Shown: piece by piece, positions 8,334-16,921 of the stretch | Layout of the letters: each line of letters starts with the position of its first letter | How positions within the stretch are numbered: position 1 is the stretch's first letter | From: a virus | Lineage: Duplodnaviria > Caudoviricetes | DNA: 64,000 bases | Direction: 5' to 3' (one strand) | Virus record (IMG/VR): IMGVR_UViG_3300032233_002382 | Location: 64,001 to 128,000 of that record | Program-made: the position numbers and the translations under genes | The notes under the pieces: model-generated | Database searches by the model: none | The model's input: the letters and a program-made list of their open reading frames with translations, nothing else | Told to the model about the DNA's origin: nothing

Positions 8334-8645
8334 ATGCCGAAAGATACTAAGAAGTACACGGAAAAGGAACGGGCAGCCGCGATTCAGAAGATGTATCGGT
8401 TCTTGACGGACAAGCATCAGAACCATAGTTGGGTGTTCCGTCCAGGCAGAGACCCGATTTTCACTCGGACTAAGTCACCGCAGGATCTCTACAATCTCAT
8501 CCAGATGTTCTTCTACCATGAGCATGAGATTAAAGCACTTTCTAAGTGGGCCAATACCCACAAGCGGGCCTTTAAAGAGTTGAAGCCTGAGGACTATAAG
8601 GCAGTCCAGGATCTATTTGCCGTCGAAGCCGTTCACGAGTCTTAA
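8334..8645 (+). CDS. Hypothetical protein with C-terminal tag (...AVEAVHES)
   Basis: AGGTG RBS; 103 aa. Confidence 0.75.
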   Translation: MPKDTKKYTEKERAAAIQKMYRFLTDKHQNHSWVFRPGRDPIFTRTKSPQDLYNLIQMFFYHEHEIKALSKWANTHKRAFKELKPEDYKAVQDLFAVEAVHES

Positions 8646-8649
8646 ATAA

Positions 8650-8685
8650 CTTGAGGGCCCTGGGATTCGTTCCAGGGCCCTCAAG
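8650..8685. terminator. Hairpin between convergent genes
   Basis: cttgagggccctgg/ccagggccctcaag stem. Confidence 0.65.
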
Positions 8686-8716
8686 CGAGCGGGTAGCGAC
8701 TTCGAACTAGTTTACA

Positions 8717-9400
8717 CTAGAAGGAATAGTCTACCACCGTAAACTCTTCCGCCTCGCCAGCGCGGCAACCGCACGCGCAATCGGGCGGACAGTGGCAGGT
8801 GCCAGCTCCGCACGCCTCACAGCCGCACGAACAGGCGGGAGCGACAGCGTGCGACGGCGCATGGTCGTGCACCGTCGGCATCGACCCCTTGGACTTCTCG
8901 CCCATAATATAACGTTTGGCTTTAGCGACACGGTCTGCAGCTTCAGACAGACACTGATCTACCCACTGAGGTAGGTCGTCACAATTGTTCATGAGCTGCA
9001 TTATTTCCATGACGTCGTGCATCATGGTTACCGTGTTTGAATAAGCCATGTATGATACTGGAAAGACCCCAGGATGCTCTTCGATCACCACGTTCGGATC
9101 TAGAAGGACAGTAGGAGCCATACCAGAAGTACTGGAACGCTTCTTACCAAACCCATCAGATAATCTCTCGGCCACTTCGAGAGCCATGGCACCTGGTCCT
9201 CGATGTTTGATGTAGCTAAGCTGAGTTTTAACGTCAGTGGGCTTGTGAACCAAAACACCACCTTGCTTTTCGAATTCATCTGGCTTTACATGAAGTTCCA
9301 AAGCTCGTACATTTTTACTCTTATTTACTACTTTAACAATATCATCGATTATCTTTTTAATATTTTCATCTGCAGACATACGATAGTCATAATTAGACAT
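8717..9400 (-). CDS. Hypothetical protein with DYRMSA leader and metallothionein-like Cys-rich tail
   Basis: GGAGG before ATG 9400 (MSNYDYRMSA); tail CSCGCEACGAGTCHCPPDCACGC. Confidence 0.75.
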   Translation of the reverse strand: MSNYDYRMSADENIKKIIDDIVKVVNKSKNVRALELHVKPDEFEKQGGVLVHKPTDVKTQLSYIKHRGPGAMALEVAERLSDGFGKKRSSTSGMAPTVLLDPNVVIEEHPGVFPVSYMAYSNTVTMMHDVMEIMQLMNNCDDLPQWVDQCLSEAADRVAKAKRYIMGEKSKGSMPTVHDHAPSHAVAPACSCGCEACGAGTCHCPPDCACGCRAGEAEEFTVVDYSF

Positions 9401-9455
9401 AGTTCCTCCAGTATTACAACACTTCAATAATGGTCTATATAGGTTAAGCAGATCC

Positions 9456-9489
9456 GGAAGTCGGACGGCCCGACCGTTTCGCATATGCA
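9456..9489 (+). promoter_or_regulatory. Promoter-like motif variant (GGAAGTC-N12-CGTT, third element absent)
   Basis: First two elements at conserved spacing, upstream of 9511. Confidence 0.55.
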
Positions 9490-9510
9490 AGACTAACCAA
9501 CGGAGTCGAA

Positions 9511-10278
9511 ATGCTACTGAGTGAGATGGACGCATCTGATGCCGCCAAAGAAGTGCTCAAGTCTGAGAAAATTCATAAGCTTGGGAGCGAATCTGATCAA
9601 GAGCATGAAGAGAAGGTGGCTCAGATCCACAACGATGTCGCAAGGATTATCGAATTTATTCGGAATGCGAAGATTACTTCCACAGAAATCAAAGCAAATC
9701 GTGGTTCAAAGTATGGATCACTGATTTCGAATCAGTATCCTGGTGTCTACATCCATCAAATCATCACGCTATCTGATGGAAAGCACAAGTACTCAGTAAA
9801 TAATCCCGAATTAATCGCAAAGACTGACTATGCGGACCAGAACAAGATAGTTCCATCAAGTTTCTTCGGGATTTGGGGTGATAAAAGAGTATACCTGAGC
9901 GACCGCTCCCTGTCTCGAATGACCAAAGCCGCTCCGAATCTTGTTAATCTATATCGAAGTGCTCTTGAGATTCGTTTGGGGTTTACGCAGGAAATTGCCG
10001 AACAAGCCGCAGACAAGTATGTGAATAAGAACCAAGGGCGCGCAAAGGCTCAGATTATTAAGAAGATGGGTGGCTTCCTTGCCGAATGCAATCTCAAAGA
10101 TGAGGACCCGGAGTTCCTTCTCCAGATCATGAAGTTCATCTCTCGAGACAACTTCTGGGAGATGAAGAATTTCTTCAATTACTGTCGACGAAATCGTGGT
10201 GATATCAATTTTCTGACACCCGATGAAGTGATCCAGGCTCAAAATCTTGCTAAGGCGATTGAAATCCAGAAGTCCTAA
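9511..10278 (+). CDS. Hypothetical protein with C-terminal tag (...KAIEIQKS)
   Basis: 255-aa ORF downstream of the motif. Confidence 0.75.
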   Translation: MLLSEMDASDAAKEVLKSEKIHKLGSESDQEHEEKVAQIHNDVARIIEFIRNAKITSTEIKANRGSKYGSLISNQYPGVYIHQIITLSDGKHKYSVNNPELIAKTDYADQNKIVPSSFFGIWGDKRVYLSDRSLSRMTKAAPNLVNLYRSALEIRLGFTQEIAEQAADKYVNKNQGRAKAQIIKKMGGFLAECNLKDEDPEFLLQIMKFISRDNFWEMKNFFNYCRRNRGDINFLTPDEVIQAQNLAKAIEIQKS

Positions 10279-10286
10279 AGGGAACT

Positions 10287-10320
10287 GGAAGTCGGACGCG
10301 GCGCGCGTCTTCTTGGTGGG
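10287..10320 (+). promoter_or_regulatory. Promoter-like motif copy
   Basis: GGAAGTC-N12-CGTC-ttctt-GGTGGG, then a gggcg/cgccc hairpin and GGAGG. Confidence 0.7.
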
Positions 10321-10349
10321 CGACTTGGCGCCCGATATGGAGGCATAAC

Positions 10350-10676
10350 ATGGCTCGCACGAATGAATTCACGAAGCTGGCTGAGGTTGTCGAGGTGATG
10401 GAGGTTCCAAGTGGGTGTTTTAACAAGATGCGAATCTGCATTACTGGTCATCTGGGTAAGCCTCGACATGAGATCGTCCGTCTTATTGAGCAGGGTGGTG
10501 GTGTTTTTCATGACACTGTGAAGTACGACACCACCCACCTTCTGACGAACGCTGATTGGACGACGATCAATGGGAAGACTTCGTCCAAATACGACAAGGC
10601 CAAGAAGTATGGATGCAAGTTCATCAGCGAGGCTGATTTCTTCTCGATGATGACATCGGCTGAGGCAGCCGCATGA
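10350..10676 (+). CDS. Stand-alone BRCT-domain protein (LigA C-terminal-like)
   Basis: ICITG, R.EI..LIE..GG.F...V...TTHLL, SSKY.KAKKYG..FISE..F pattern. Confidence 0.8.
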   Translation: MARTNEFTKLAEVVEVMEVPSGCFNKMRICITGHLGKPRHEIVRLIEQGGGVFHDTVKYDTTHLLTNADWTTINGKTSSKYDKAKKYGCKFISEADFFSMMTSAEAAA

Positions 10677-10963
10677 ACTTCTACATTGGCGTGATCTCTG
10701 AAGCCGACAACTTCGATTTAAACATCAAGTACCTTGATACGATTTATACGTCGAGGGAAGCGAACATCGCCAAGAAATACTACGACTCCCTGAATGAAAA
10801 AGATAAGAAGTGGTTTGAACGGTTATCTTTCGACAGTATGATGTGGTGGAGTCGGGCGTTCGTTGATGGAATTAAGAAGACCCCGAAGGAATTGAAAAAG
10901 GAACGGGGTGACTTGATGAGAGCAAAGAGGGAGGCCAAACGTGCCGCACAAATTCGCAGTTGA
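10673..10963 (+). CDS. Hypothetical protein
   Basis: ATGA overlap with the previous gene; 96 aa. Confidence 0.7.
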   Translation: MNFYIGVISEADNFDLNIKYLDTIYTSREANIAKKYYDSLNEKDKKWFERLSFDSMMWWSRAFVDGIKKTPKELKKERGDLMRAKREAKRAAQIRS

Positions 10964-11645
10964 TAATGGCTCGACCGACACTGAAATCGAACAAGCGATG
11001 GACCATATCCGGCATACGATCGAACTAGGCCGTCAAGCCGAATTAGCATTAATCAATATTGAGAGACAGGGATATCACAACGGCGACATCACGGTAGTTG
11101 TTGATCCGAATACTAAGACCTATCACGGTGCTCTTAGGAATCTTCGCCTAGCCAAGTACATTGAGCCGACTCGTGATAAGGCTCCATCTTTTGCCGACCT
11201 AAGTGTGACTTGCGGGAGAATGATGGAAGATTCTCACGGCGGTCATTATTTCAAGAGCTGCGAAGTGACCTTAAGCGGAACTCGAGTGAATCAGATTGAG
11301 GGAAAGCTCGTGAACGAGCCATTTTCCATCATCATGGGGAATCTGAGGCTTAAGAAGACCGGACTTTCGATCGAGCTGAAGCATGAACAGTACTACAACC
11401 GATACGACGTAGCTCAGGTATACAAGAAGCCGACGGGATCTTCCATGTCGTCTTATAGAGAGATTGCCAAGTGCGTTGCGGATCATGTGGTGTCGATCGC
11501 AAATAGTTATCATGATCCAGAATTGCAGATTACGCACGATCTTCGGATGAAAGCCCGAGAGTGGTTGGTTTCGGAAGGTGTCATTCAGCGTCTCTCCACG
11601 AGTCTTTTCGAGCAAGCCAAGATTGTTGAGGTGATGAATGCGTAG
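10941..11645 (+). CDS. Hypothetical protein with C-terminal tag (...KIVEVMNA); start uncertain
   Basis: 234-aa ORF in operon. Confidence 0.7.
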   Translation: MPHKFAVDNGSTDTEIEQAMDHIRHTIELGRQAELALINIERQGYHNGDITVVVDPNTKTYHGALRNLRLAKYIEPTRDKAPSFADLSVTCGRMMEDSHGGHYFKSCEVTLSGTRVNQIEGKLVNEPFSIIMGNLRLKKTGLSIELKHEQYYNRYDVAQVYKKPTGSSMSSYREIAKCVADHVVSIANSYHDPELQITHDLRMKAREWLVSEGVIQRLSTSLFEQAKIVEVMNA

Positions 11646-12144
11646 CAGTACTACCCTTCATTATCATAACCTGCCTCAAGCCATCAGTGTAATCAAATCG
11701 GCAAAAGTATCCTCAGCCGGTTCTACCCTAAAGGGTAATTCGATTCAAGTAAGGGTTAAGTTTACGAATACGATGGGTCAGCCGTCGATCGGATATTTTT
11801 CGATCAATTCGAGTCGTATTTCAGACTACAAATTCTACGACCCTGGGTTTATGCGAAAATGCTTTCGAATGTCTGCAATCGGGTCGGCTGCTCGAAACCA
11901 GTATGATGACTGGGTTAAGGGAAATCCGGTCGAATTGCGTAGACTTCAGAAAGAAATCCTCGATGCGGCTAAGAAAGAATACTCAGAGGGTGAAGCCACT
12001 AGGCGCAAAAACGAAGCAGTTGTTGCTAAGTGCCGAAAGGCGCTTTCCGAGTGGATGATCCATTCCTTCAAGCACGGGATTGAGCAGGAGGAGATTCTAG
12101 ATATCATGAGGGAGTCGCTCATCAAGTCTACGATGTCCGAGTGA
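11638..12144 (+). CDS. Hypothetical protein with C-terminal tag (...LIKSTMSE)
   Basis: Overlapping start; 168 aa. Confidence 0.7.
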   Translation: MRSSTTLHYHNLPQAISVIKSAKVSSAGSTLKGNSIQVRVKFTNTMGQPSIGYFSINSSRISDYKFYDPGFMRKCFRMSAIGSAARNQYDDWVKGNPVELRRLQKEILDAAKKEYSEGEATRRKNEAVVAKCRKALSEWMIHSFKHGIEQEEILDIMRESLIKSTMSE

Positions 12145-12152
12145 TGAAATGC

Positions 12153-12186
12153 GGAAGTCGGATGCGCCGTGCGTCTCATATGTGGG
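12153..12186 (+). promoter_or_regulatory. Promoter-like motif copy (GGAAGTC-N12-CGTC-N5-TGTGGG)
   Basis: Conserved spacing; GGAGG downstream. Confidence 0.7.
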
Positions 12187-12217
12187 CGCACGGCGCGCTC
12201 ATTTGTGGAGGTGAATT

Positions 12218-12838
12218 ATGGCGAATCCGGTTCTTCTTGCGAAGTTTACAAATCCTGGTCCGGTTGCGAATGCGTTCATTAAGGAATGGAACGAGTATTT
12301 TAAGGGTTCTAAGTACGTCGGGCATGGTGCTAGTAAGACCGGTACCACCGCTTATGCGAAATTCTCCATTCCGGCTGTGAATAAGTTCAAGCTTTGTAAG
12401 GTTTCGATCCGAGTCCGCTATCATAGCAAACCGAGCGGAGTGTCTATCACTTCAGATGTGTGGGAGGCCTGGGCCAAACTCCGTGTCGAGAAGATCACGG
12501 ACGGGGCGAGAAGTCGGAACATGTTCTACGATTGGACACGCAATTACACGGGAGAGTCCTCTCTATCTAAGCTGTTCAATGAGACCGGTGCCAATGGACA
12601 CCAAGATCTATATGAAGCATTCTTTACGGCAGTCGGATTCATGCCGGAGTTAGATAAGGCTGCAAAGGATGTCGCCTCATCATCAACCGTCGAAGAGAAA
12701 AAGAAGATTCACGAAGTCAAGAGCGCGCTTTTTGACATTCGTGCACCTCTGCGTACTCTCCTCCGACACGGCATTGAAACTGAACAGTTGCATGAGATGA
12801 TCAATCACGAAATCGTGGATCTAATCACCGATGGATGA
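12218..12838 (+). CDS. Hypothetical protein with C-terminal tag (...IVDLITDG)
   Basis: GGAGGTG RBS; 206 aa. Confidence 0.75.
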   Translation: MANPVLLAKFTNPGPVANAFIKEWNEYFKGSKYVGHGASKTGTTAYAKFSIPAVNKFKLCKVSIRVRYHSKPSGVSITSDVWEAWAKLRVEKITDGARSRNMFYDWTRNYTGESSLSKLFNETGANGHQDLYEAFFTAVGFMPELDKAAKDVASSSTVEEKKKIHEVKSALFDIRAPLRTLLRHGIETEQLHEMINHEIVDLITDG

Positions 12839-13184
12839 AGCCAAGATTAAGGAAGTCATCACCGAGTTCGAAGGTTACCCAAAAGAATATAAGGATCAGA
12901 TGCTACAGAGGTGGTGGGAAATTAGCCCATATCTGGACAATAAGTCCGACATGCTAGCCAAGACTTTATCTTGGATTGCGTACGCCTTTAACCATAAAGA
13001 AGAGTATTGGTGGTCTAGGGAAGCAATTTGGTTTCTGCACAAGAATGATCCTGAAGTATCCGTGTATGCTCTGGTTGATCAGTATGGGTATGATTGGAAG
13101 AACACAGTAATGCCGCAATTAAAGCCAGTGTTTGAAGTGATTGCTCACCCCAGCTTACTTGTCGGTGGAATTCACGGTTCCTGA
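12831..13184 (+). CDS. Hypothetical protein
   Basis: Overlapping start; 117 aa; aromatic-rich. Confidence 0.7.
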   Translation: MDEAKIKEVITEFEGYPKEYKDQMLQRWWEISPYLDNKSDMLAKTLSWIAYAFNHKEEYWWSREAIWFLHKNDPEVSVYALVDQYGYDWKNTVMPQLKPVFEVIAHPSLLVGGIHGS

Positions 13185-13193
13185 AGCAAATCC

Positions 13194-13227
13194 GGAAGTC
13201 GCGTGCTGCGCGCGTTCTCTGGGTGGG
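13194..13227 (+). promoter_or_regulatory. Promoter-like motif copy (GGAAGTC-N12-CGTT-N5-GGTGGG)
   Basis: Conserved spacing; gggcgg/ccgccc hairpin and GGGAG follow. Confidence 0.7.
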
Positions 13228-13260
13228 CGGGCGGTCCGCCCCCATTATGGGAGAGATTAG

Positions 13261-14064
13261 ATGGATCTCATGTCGATGATCGATGGCGTTCTGGCGAAGA
13301 ATGGTGTTCCGGTTGCGGTCGTTCCCGAGCCGGTCTTGGAGAAGAAGGAGGATGTCGTCGTGAACAATGCACACGTCTGCGATGAGATCGTGGCGGCACC
13401 GAAGATGGTGGAGATTCCGCCGGACCAGGTCTATATGTACAAGGGCATGCGCCACAAGCTGGTGTTCGAGGGAGTCTGCTCCCACTGCGCGCACTGTGGG
13501 CAGCCTTTGACCGACTCAGAGTCCGTTGAGCGCGGTCTCGGTCCGATCTGCTCGAAGAAGGGCTACCTCGAGGAGGTCGTTCCCGTCGACGACACCGAGG
13601 CTCTCCTAGCGCTGGCTGAGTATCCGCAGCTGGTCGAGTACCTCACGGCGAAGTACAAGCCGCAGGGGAATCGAGCTCTCTGCAACGGTCTCGTCAGGAC
13701 CGCTTCCTTGAACCGGAGGACCCCCGTCCACGCCGCTTGTACTGACGCGGTGGAGGCATTGGGCTACAAGCGGCTGGCTTCCGCCCTGCGCGAGTCCCTC
13801 TCCGTTGTGGAGATTTCGGACTCGAAGACGAAGCCCGACTGCTACGGCCTTTGGGTGAAGAAGTCCGACTTCTCGTGGCAGTTTTGGAACGAGTTGAAGG
13901 CTCTGAACGGGGTTTATATGACGCGGTACCCCGCACGCGAGACCGTCGTCCCGAAGGTGCATCGCCGGAAGCTGGCTGAACTCCTCTTGAAGTACTACGA
14001 GGGGCTTTGCGTGAAGACCCAGAACGGGGCTCACAAGATTTCCCCGGCATGGTTGGGGAAGTAG
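13261..14064 (+). CDS. Zn-binding phage protein, DUF6011-like motif
   Basis: CAHCGQPLTDSESVERGLGPIC resembles CxxCGxxLTxxxSxxxGxGPxC; GC3-rich. Confidence 0.7.
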   Translation: MDLMSMIDGVLAKNGVPVAVVPEPVLEKKEDVVVNNAHVCDEIVAAPKMVEIPPDQVYMYKGMRHKLVFEGVCSHCAHCGQPLTDSESVERGLGPICSKKGYLEEVVPVDDTEALLALAEYPQLVEYLTAKYKPQGNRALCNGLVRTASLNRRTPVHAACTDAVEALGYKRLASALRESLSVVEISDSKTKPDCYGLWVKKSDFSWQFWNELKALNGVYMTRYPARETVVPKVHRRKLAELLLKYYEGLCVKTQNGAHKISPAWLGK

Positions 14065-14365
14065 TGGGGGCAGTTTGAGCAATCCCCGATACGGGTTCGG
14101 CGGAAGGGAGACTCCTCTTCCGCCGAACCTGGGGCTTAGGGATTAAATTCTCAAAGGCTTTCGGGTCGGGTGTAGATAACTCGGTGCCCTTGACCCTCAG
14201 TAAGATCGCCTTATGAGGATTGTGGGGAACGTTAAAGACTTTGTTGAGATATCTGTGAGCCAAGTCCAATAGTTTTGAACCGCTAGTGTGTTCTCCGGCG
14301 GCAAGCTCGGCAGGAAACTCATGAACCTTTCCGTTGAATTCGAATCGAATGAAGAATTTGCGCAT
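13694..14365 (-). CDS. Possible small gene whose frame runs antisense into 13261..14064
   Basis: GGGAG RBS and a globular-looking first ~80 aa; the remainder is low-complexity antisense overlap. Confidence 0.35.
   Translation of the reverse strand: MRKFFIRFEFNGKVHEFPAELAAGEHTSGSKLLDLAHRYLNKVFNVPHNPHKAILLRVKGTELSTPDPKAFENLIPKPQVRRKRSLPSAEPVSGIAQTAPTTSPTMPGKSCEPRSGSSRKAPRSTSRGVQPASGDAPSGRRSRVRGTASYKPRSEPSTRSKTATRSRTSSPKGRSSRASSSSPKSPQRRGTRAGRKPAACSPMPPPRQYKRRGRGSSGSRKRS
14093..14130. terminator. Hairpin after 13261..14064
   Basis: gggttcggcggaag/cttccgccgaacct stem. Confidence 0.6.
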
Positions 14366-14449
14366 TGATCTCCCGTTCAGGTTCTACCGTAACAATACGG
14401 CTTAACAATGGTTCCCATTTACATTCTAAGATCTCGAAAGAGGGTCAAT

Positions 14450-14950
14450 ATGGCAGAGGATGGGTACTGGGCAAAGCAATTCCGTGATGGGGCACCCGAG
14501 GCAGTTGCGAAGTCATGGTTGAGCTCTGGCAATCATCAGAATCGAGTCTTGCACCACATCGGTCAAATAGGGATCGATAGACTAGTAGAAAAGACCCAGG
14601 GATCTTGGAAGCGTGAAAATCTGGCTAAAGCAGTGATCGAAGACATGAAGTTGGTACCAGAGATCATCAGGGATATTCAAAGCAGTAGCAATTTTGTCAT
14701 GGGGCCTATTTTATCGGGCCTGTCGGTTAAAGATCAGATCAGCAAGAATGATATTCAAGCCAAGATGTGGCTTGACAAGAGCCCAGACCATGTGATTTTT
14801 TATGGTCCATATAGCGAGACGTTAGAGACATTTCTTATTTCTGAAGTCGGTAAGGTCATTTCGAATTCTGAATGGTTTAAAAAGAACATCAAGTCGATTC
14901 GAAGTGCAGCAGCCAAGATCAATGCAGTTAAGAAGGTAATGAACCAGTAA
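14450..14950 (+). CDS. Hypothetical protein with C-terminal tag (...AVKKVMNQ)
   Basis: GAGGG before ATG 14450. Confidence 0.7.
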   Translation: MAEDGYWAKQFRDGAPEAVAKSWLSSGNHQNRVLHHIGQIGIDRLVEKTQGSWKRENLAKAVIEDMKLVPEIIRDIQSSSNFVMGPILSGLSVKDQISKNDIQAKMWLDKSPDHVIFYGPYSETLETFLISEVGKVISNSEWFKKNIKSIRSAAAKINAVKKVMNQ

Positions 14951-15018
14951 TCTATTGTATCCATTTTGGGACAGGTACCCCAAATTCATAAACCAAGTAC
15001 CTACCATGGAGAGTTAGT

Positions 15019-15369
15019 ATGTTTAATCGTGTTCCGGTCCAGAACGACATCATGAACAACACTGTAGGTGAGACGTCTGTCGAAGGACGAATTATTCCGG
15101 TCGGTCGTGGCGGTGAAGCAATCGTGTTCGAAATTCCGATGGGGTTCTTCAAGATTGTAGCAATCGCCAACATTCCTGAGGAAGGCGCTGAGAAGGCGCC
15201 AGTCTACCTCAAGCTCAAGGTAGGCGATTTTGCGTATCAGCGGGCTCAGAATGCACAGGCTCGTGCGAATAGCCGCCGTGCCGCTCGACAGGCTCAGTAC
15301 GCAAACAATGGACATGACTCGGACGTAGATGATGGTGATTATGAAGGTGATGATTCCCATCCCGCGTAA
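15019..15369 (+). CDS. Hypothetical protein, acidic tail
   Basis: GGAG RBS; 116 aa. Confidence 0.7.
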   Translation: MFNRVPVQNDIMNNTVGETSVEGRIIPVGRGGEAIVFEIPMGFFKIVAIANIPEEGAEKAPVYLKLKVGDFAYQRAQNAQARANSRRAARQAQYANNGHDSDVDDGDYEGDDSHPA

Positions 15370-15377
15370 AGCGGCGC

Positions 15378-15411
15378 GGAAGTCTCGCGGTCGGCGCGTC
15401 CGATAGGTGGG
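15378..15411 (+). promoter_or_regulatory. Promoter-like motif copy
   Basis: GGAAGTC-tcgcggtcggcg-CGTC-cgata-GGTGGG. Confidence 0.7.
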
Positions 15412-15505
15412 CACGGGGCGCGAGTCGCGGTGGCGCGGGGATGATCTGGTGCATTGTGCACTGGACCTCCCCCGCAGCGAGCTCCCTCCCCGAATGGAGG
15501 CCCAA

Positions 15506-16177
15506 ATGCAGACGCAGAATGGTTCGGCGCTCGAGATCCTCAAGTCACTCGGTGTTTTCCAGATGGTCGCTCCCCCGCAGGTCCCTGCCGTTTCGGATCC
15601 CGCACTCTCCGGCGCGGTTCGTGAGAAGAATGTGGTCCGTCTCGGCGAGGATCCCTCGATCCAGACCAAGGCGGAGCATGCGGCTCAGCTGAAGGCGGCG
15701 CTCGAGAAGGCGCAGTCCGACTTCGAGGCCATCCAGGGTGAGATCAGGGAGTACGGCAAGGAGAAGCGGGACGCCTTCAACGACCACTTCCGGACCAACA
15801 TCACCACCGTTGCAATCCCATACGGTGATGAGAAGGCGGTGCAGGTCATTTGCGCCAACCGGTACTCGGTCAAGAAGGACATCATCCTGAACAACAAGGC
15901 GGCGTTGGGCTCGACGGTGAATGATCTTTTCACGATTGAGACCACGCGTTCGCTCAAGGCCAAGGGAGAGGACCTGCTTCGTCGGCTCCTCGTCGAGGTC
16001 GGTGTTCAGGCGAAGGACGTGGAGTTCGTCCTCAACGAGCTTACTGAGGTCGAGCACACGGTCAAGACGGTGGAGGATTACGAGCAGAAGGCCAAGCTTG
16101 TGACCGATACCGGAGTTCAGGAGATCTTGGCTCAGGCGGTCTCCCGCGCCTCCCCTGCTCTCAAGTTCGTCGGTTAG
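15506..16177 (+). CDS. Hypothetical protein with N-terminal coiled coil
   Basis: GGAGG before ATG 15506; very GC3-rich. Confidence 0.75.
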   Translation: MQTQNGSALEILKSLGVFQMVAPPQVPAVSDPALSGAVREKNVVRLGEDPSIQTKAEHAAQLKAALEKAQSDFEAIQGEIREYGKEKRDAFNDHFRTNITTVAIPYGDEKAVQVICANRYSVKKDIILNNKAALGSTVNDLFTIETTRSLKAKGEDLLRRLLVEVGVQAKDVEFVLNELTEVEHTVKTVEDYEQKAKLVTDTGVQEILAQAVSRASPALKFVG

Positions 16178-16187
16178 TTCTTAATCC

Positions 16188-16228
16188 GATGTGGGGGGAG
16201 GGGTCTAAGCGACCCCTCCCCCCACATC
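16188..16228 (+). terminator. 18-bp hairpin terminator
   Basis: gatgtggggggaggggtc/gacccctccccccacatc then TTT. Confidence 0.7.
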
Positions 16229-16244
16229 TTTCCTGGAGGTCCAT

Positions 16245-16850
16245 ATGGTCCCGAACGTTCTTGTCAGCTATGTTCCCCTATTCTATGGTCAGCCCGGAAC
16301 CATCCTTGAGAAGGATGGTGAAGTTGAAAAGACCCTTAAGGATGCCTTCGATCAGGAAGTTGGTCACTCCAAGGGAGCTGCCTGGTCTCTCGAGGAGGAT
16401 GGGTCTTCCGCCGTGACCCTGATTCTCGACAAGGCTACTGAGATTTCTAAACACTTGATGGCGTGGTCTGAGAATAAGCCGAGTGATTGGTTCACATTCC
16501 AGATCGTAAAGAATGACGGTGGTTACGCGATTGCCATCATGCCCGAAATGGAAAAGTCGATGGTGCGGTTCAAGTCGACCTACAAGGTGGCGGACGAGGA
16601 GGCGAAGTCGGTGCGAATCATCTTCCGACCGCTCACCTTCTCATCTGAGTCCGTATCAGCGCTCAATGGAGCGGAACCGAACATCAAGGACGAAATTCGG
16701 GTCTATGTGTTGGACGCCGATCTGGTGAACGAAAAGAAGTTCTCCCCGAATCATTTGAACCACCGGGTTGAATTAGGTAAGTTCAAGGTGGTTCGTGACG
16801 GTTTCGCCAAGCAGTACCTGGAAGAGATGATCGCGAGCGAAAAGAATTAG
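16245..16850 (+). CDS. Hypothetical protein
   Basis: GGAGGT RBS; 201 aa. Confidence 0.75.
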   Translation: MVPNVLVSYVPLFYGQPGTILEKDGEVEKTLKDAFDQEVGHSKGAAWSLEEDGSSAVTLILDKATEISKHLMAWSENKPSDWFTFQIVKNDGGYAIAIMPEMEKSMVRFKSTYKVADEEAKSVRIIFRPLTFSSESVSALNGAEPNIKDEIRVYVLDADLVNEKKFSPNHLNHRVELGKFKVVRDGFAKQYLEEMIASEKN

Positions 16851-16868
16851 GAAACAAGAGAAATAAGT

Positions 16869-16910
16869 AAAGTTTGGGGACTTCTCCTTCGGGGGAAGTC
16901 CCCAAACTTT
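16869..16910 (+). terminator. UUCG-capped hairpin terminator
   Basis: aaagtttggggacttctcc-ttcg-ggggaagtccccaaacttt. Confidence 0.75.
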
Positions 16911-16921
16911 TATAAGCATAT

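Noticed and set aside
6696-8426. 576-aa antisense ORF
   Set aside because: Shadow of the GC3-biased vWA gene; the plus strand carries the recognisable motifs.
1109-15411. Repeated motif as CRISPR repeat or integron attC
   Set aside because: Copies are kilobases apart, degenerate in the middle, with no regular spacers, cas genes, integrase or attC core sites.
13015-16057. Antisense or alternate-frame ORFs (13015, 13606, 15001, 15545 and others)
   Set aside because: They overlap better-supported genes and have low-complexity or shadow composition.
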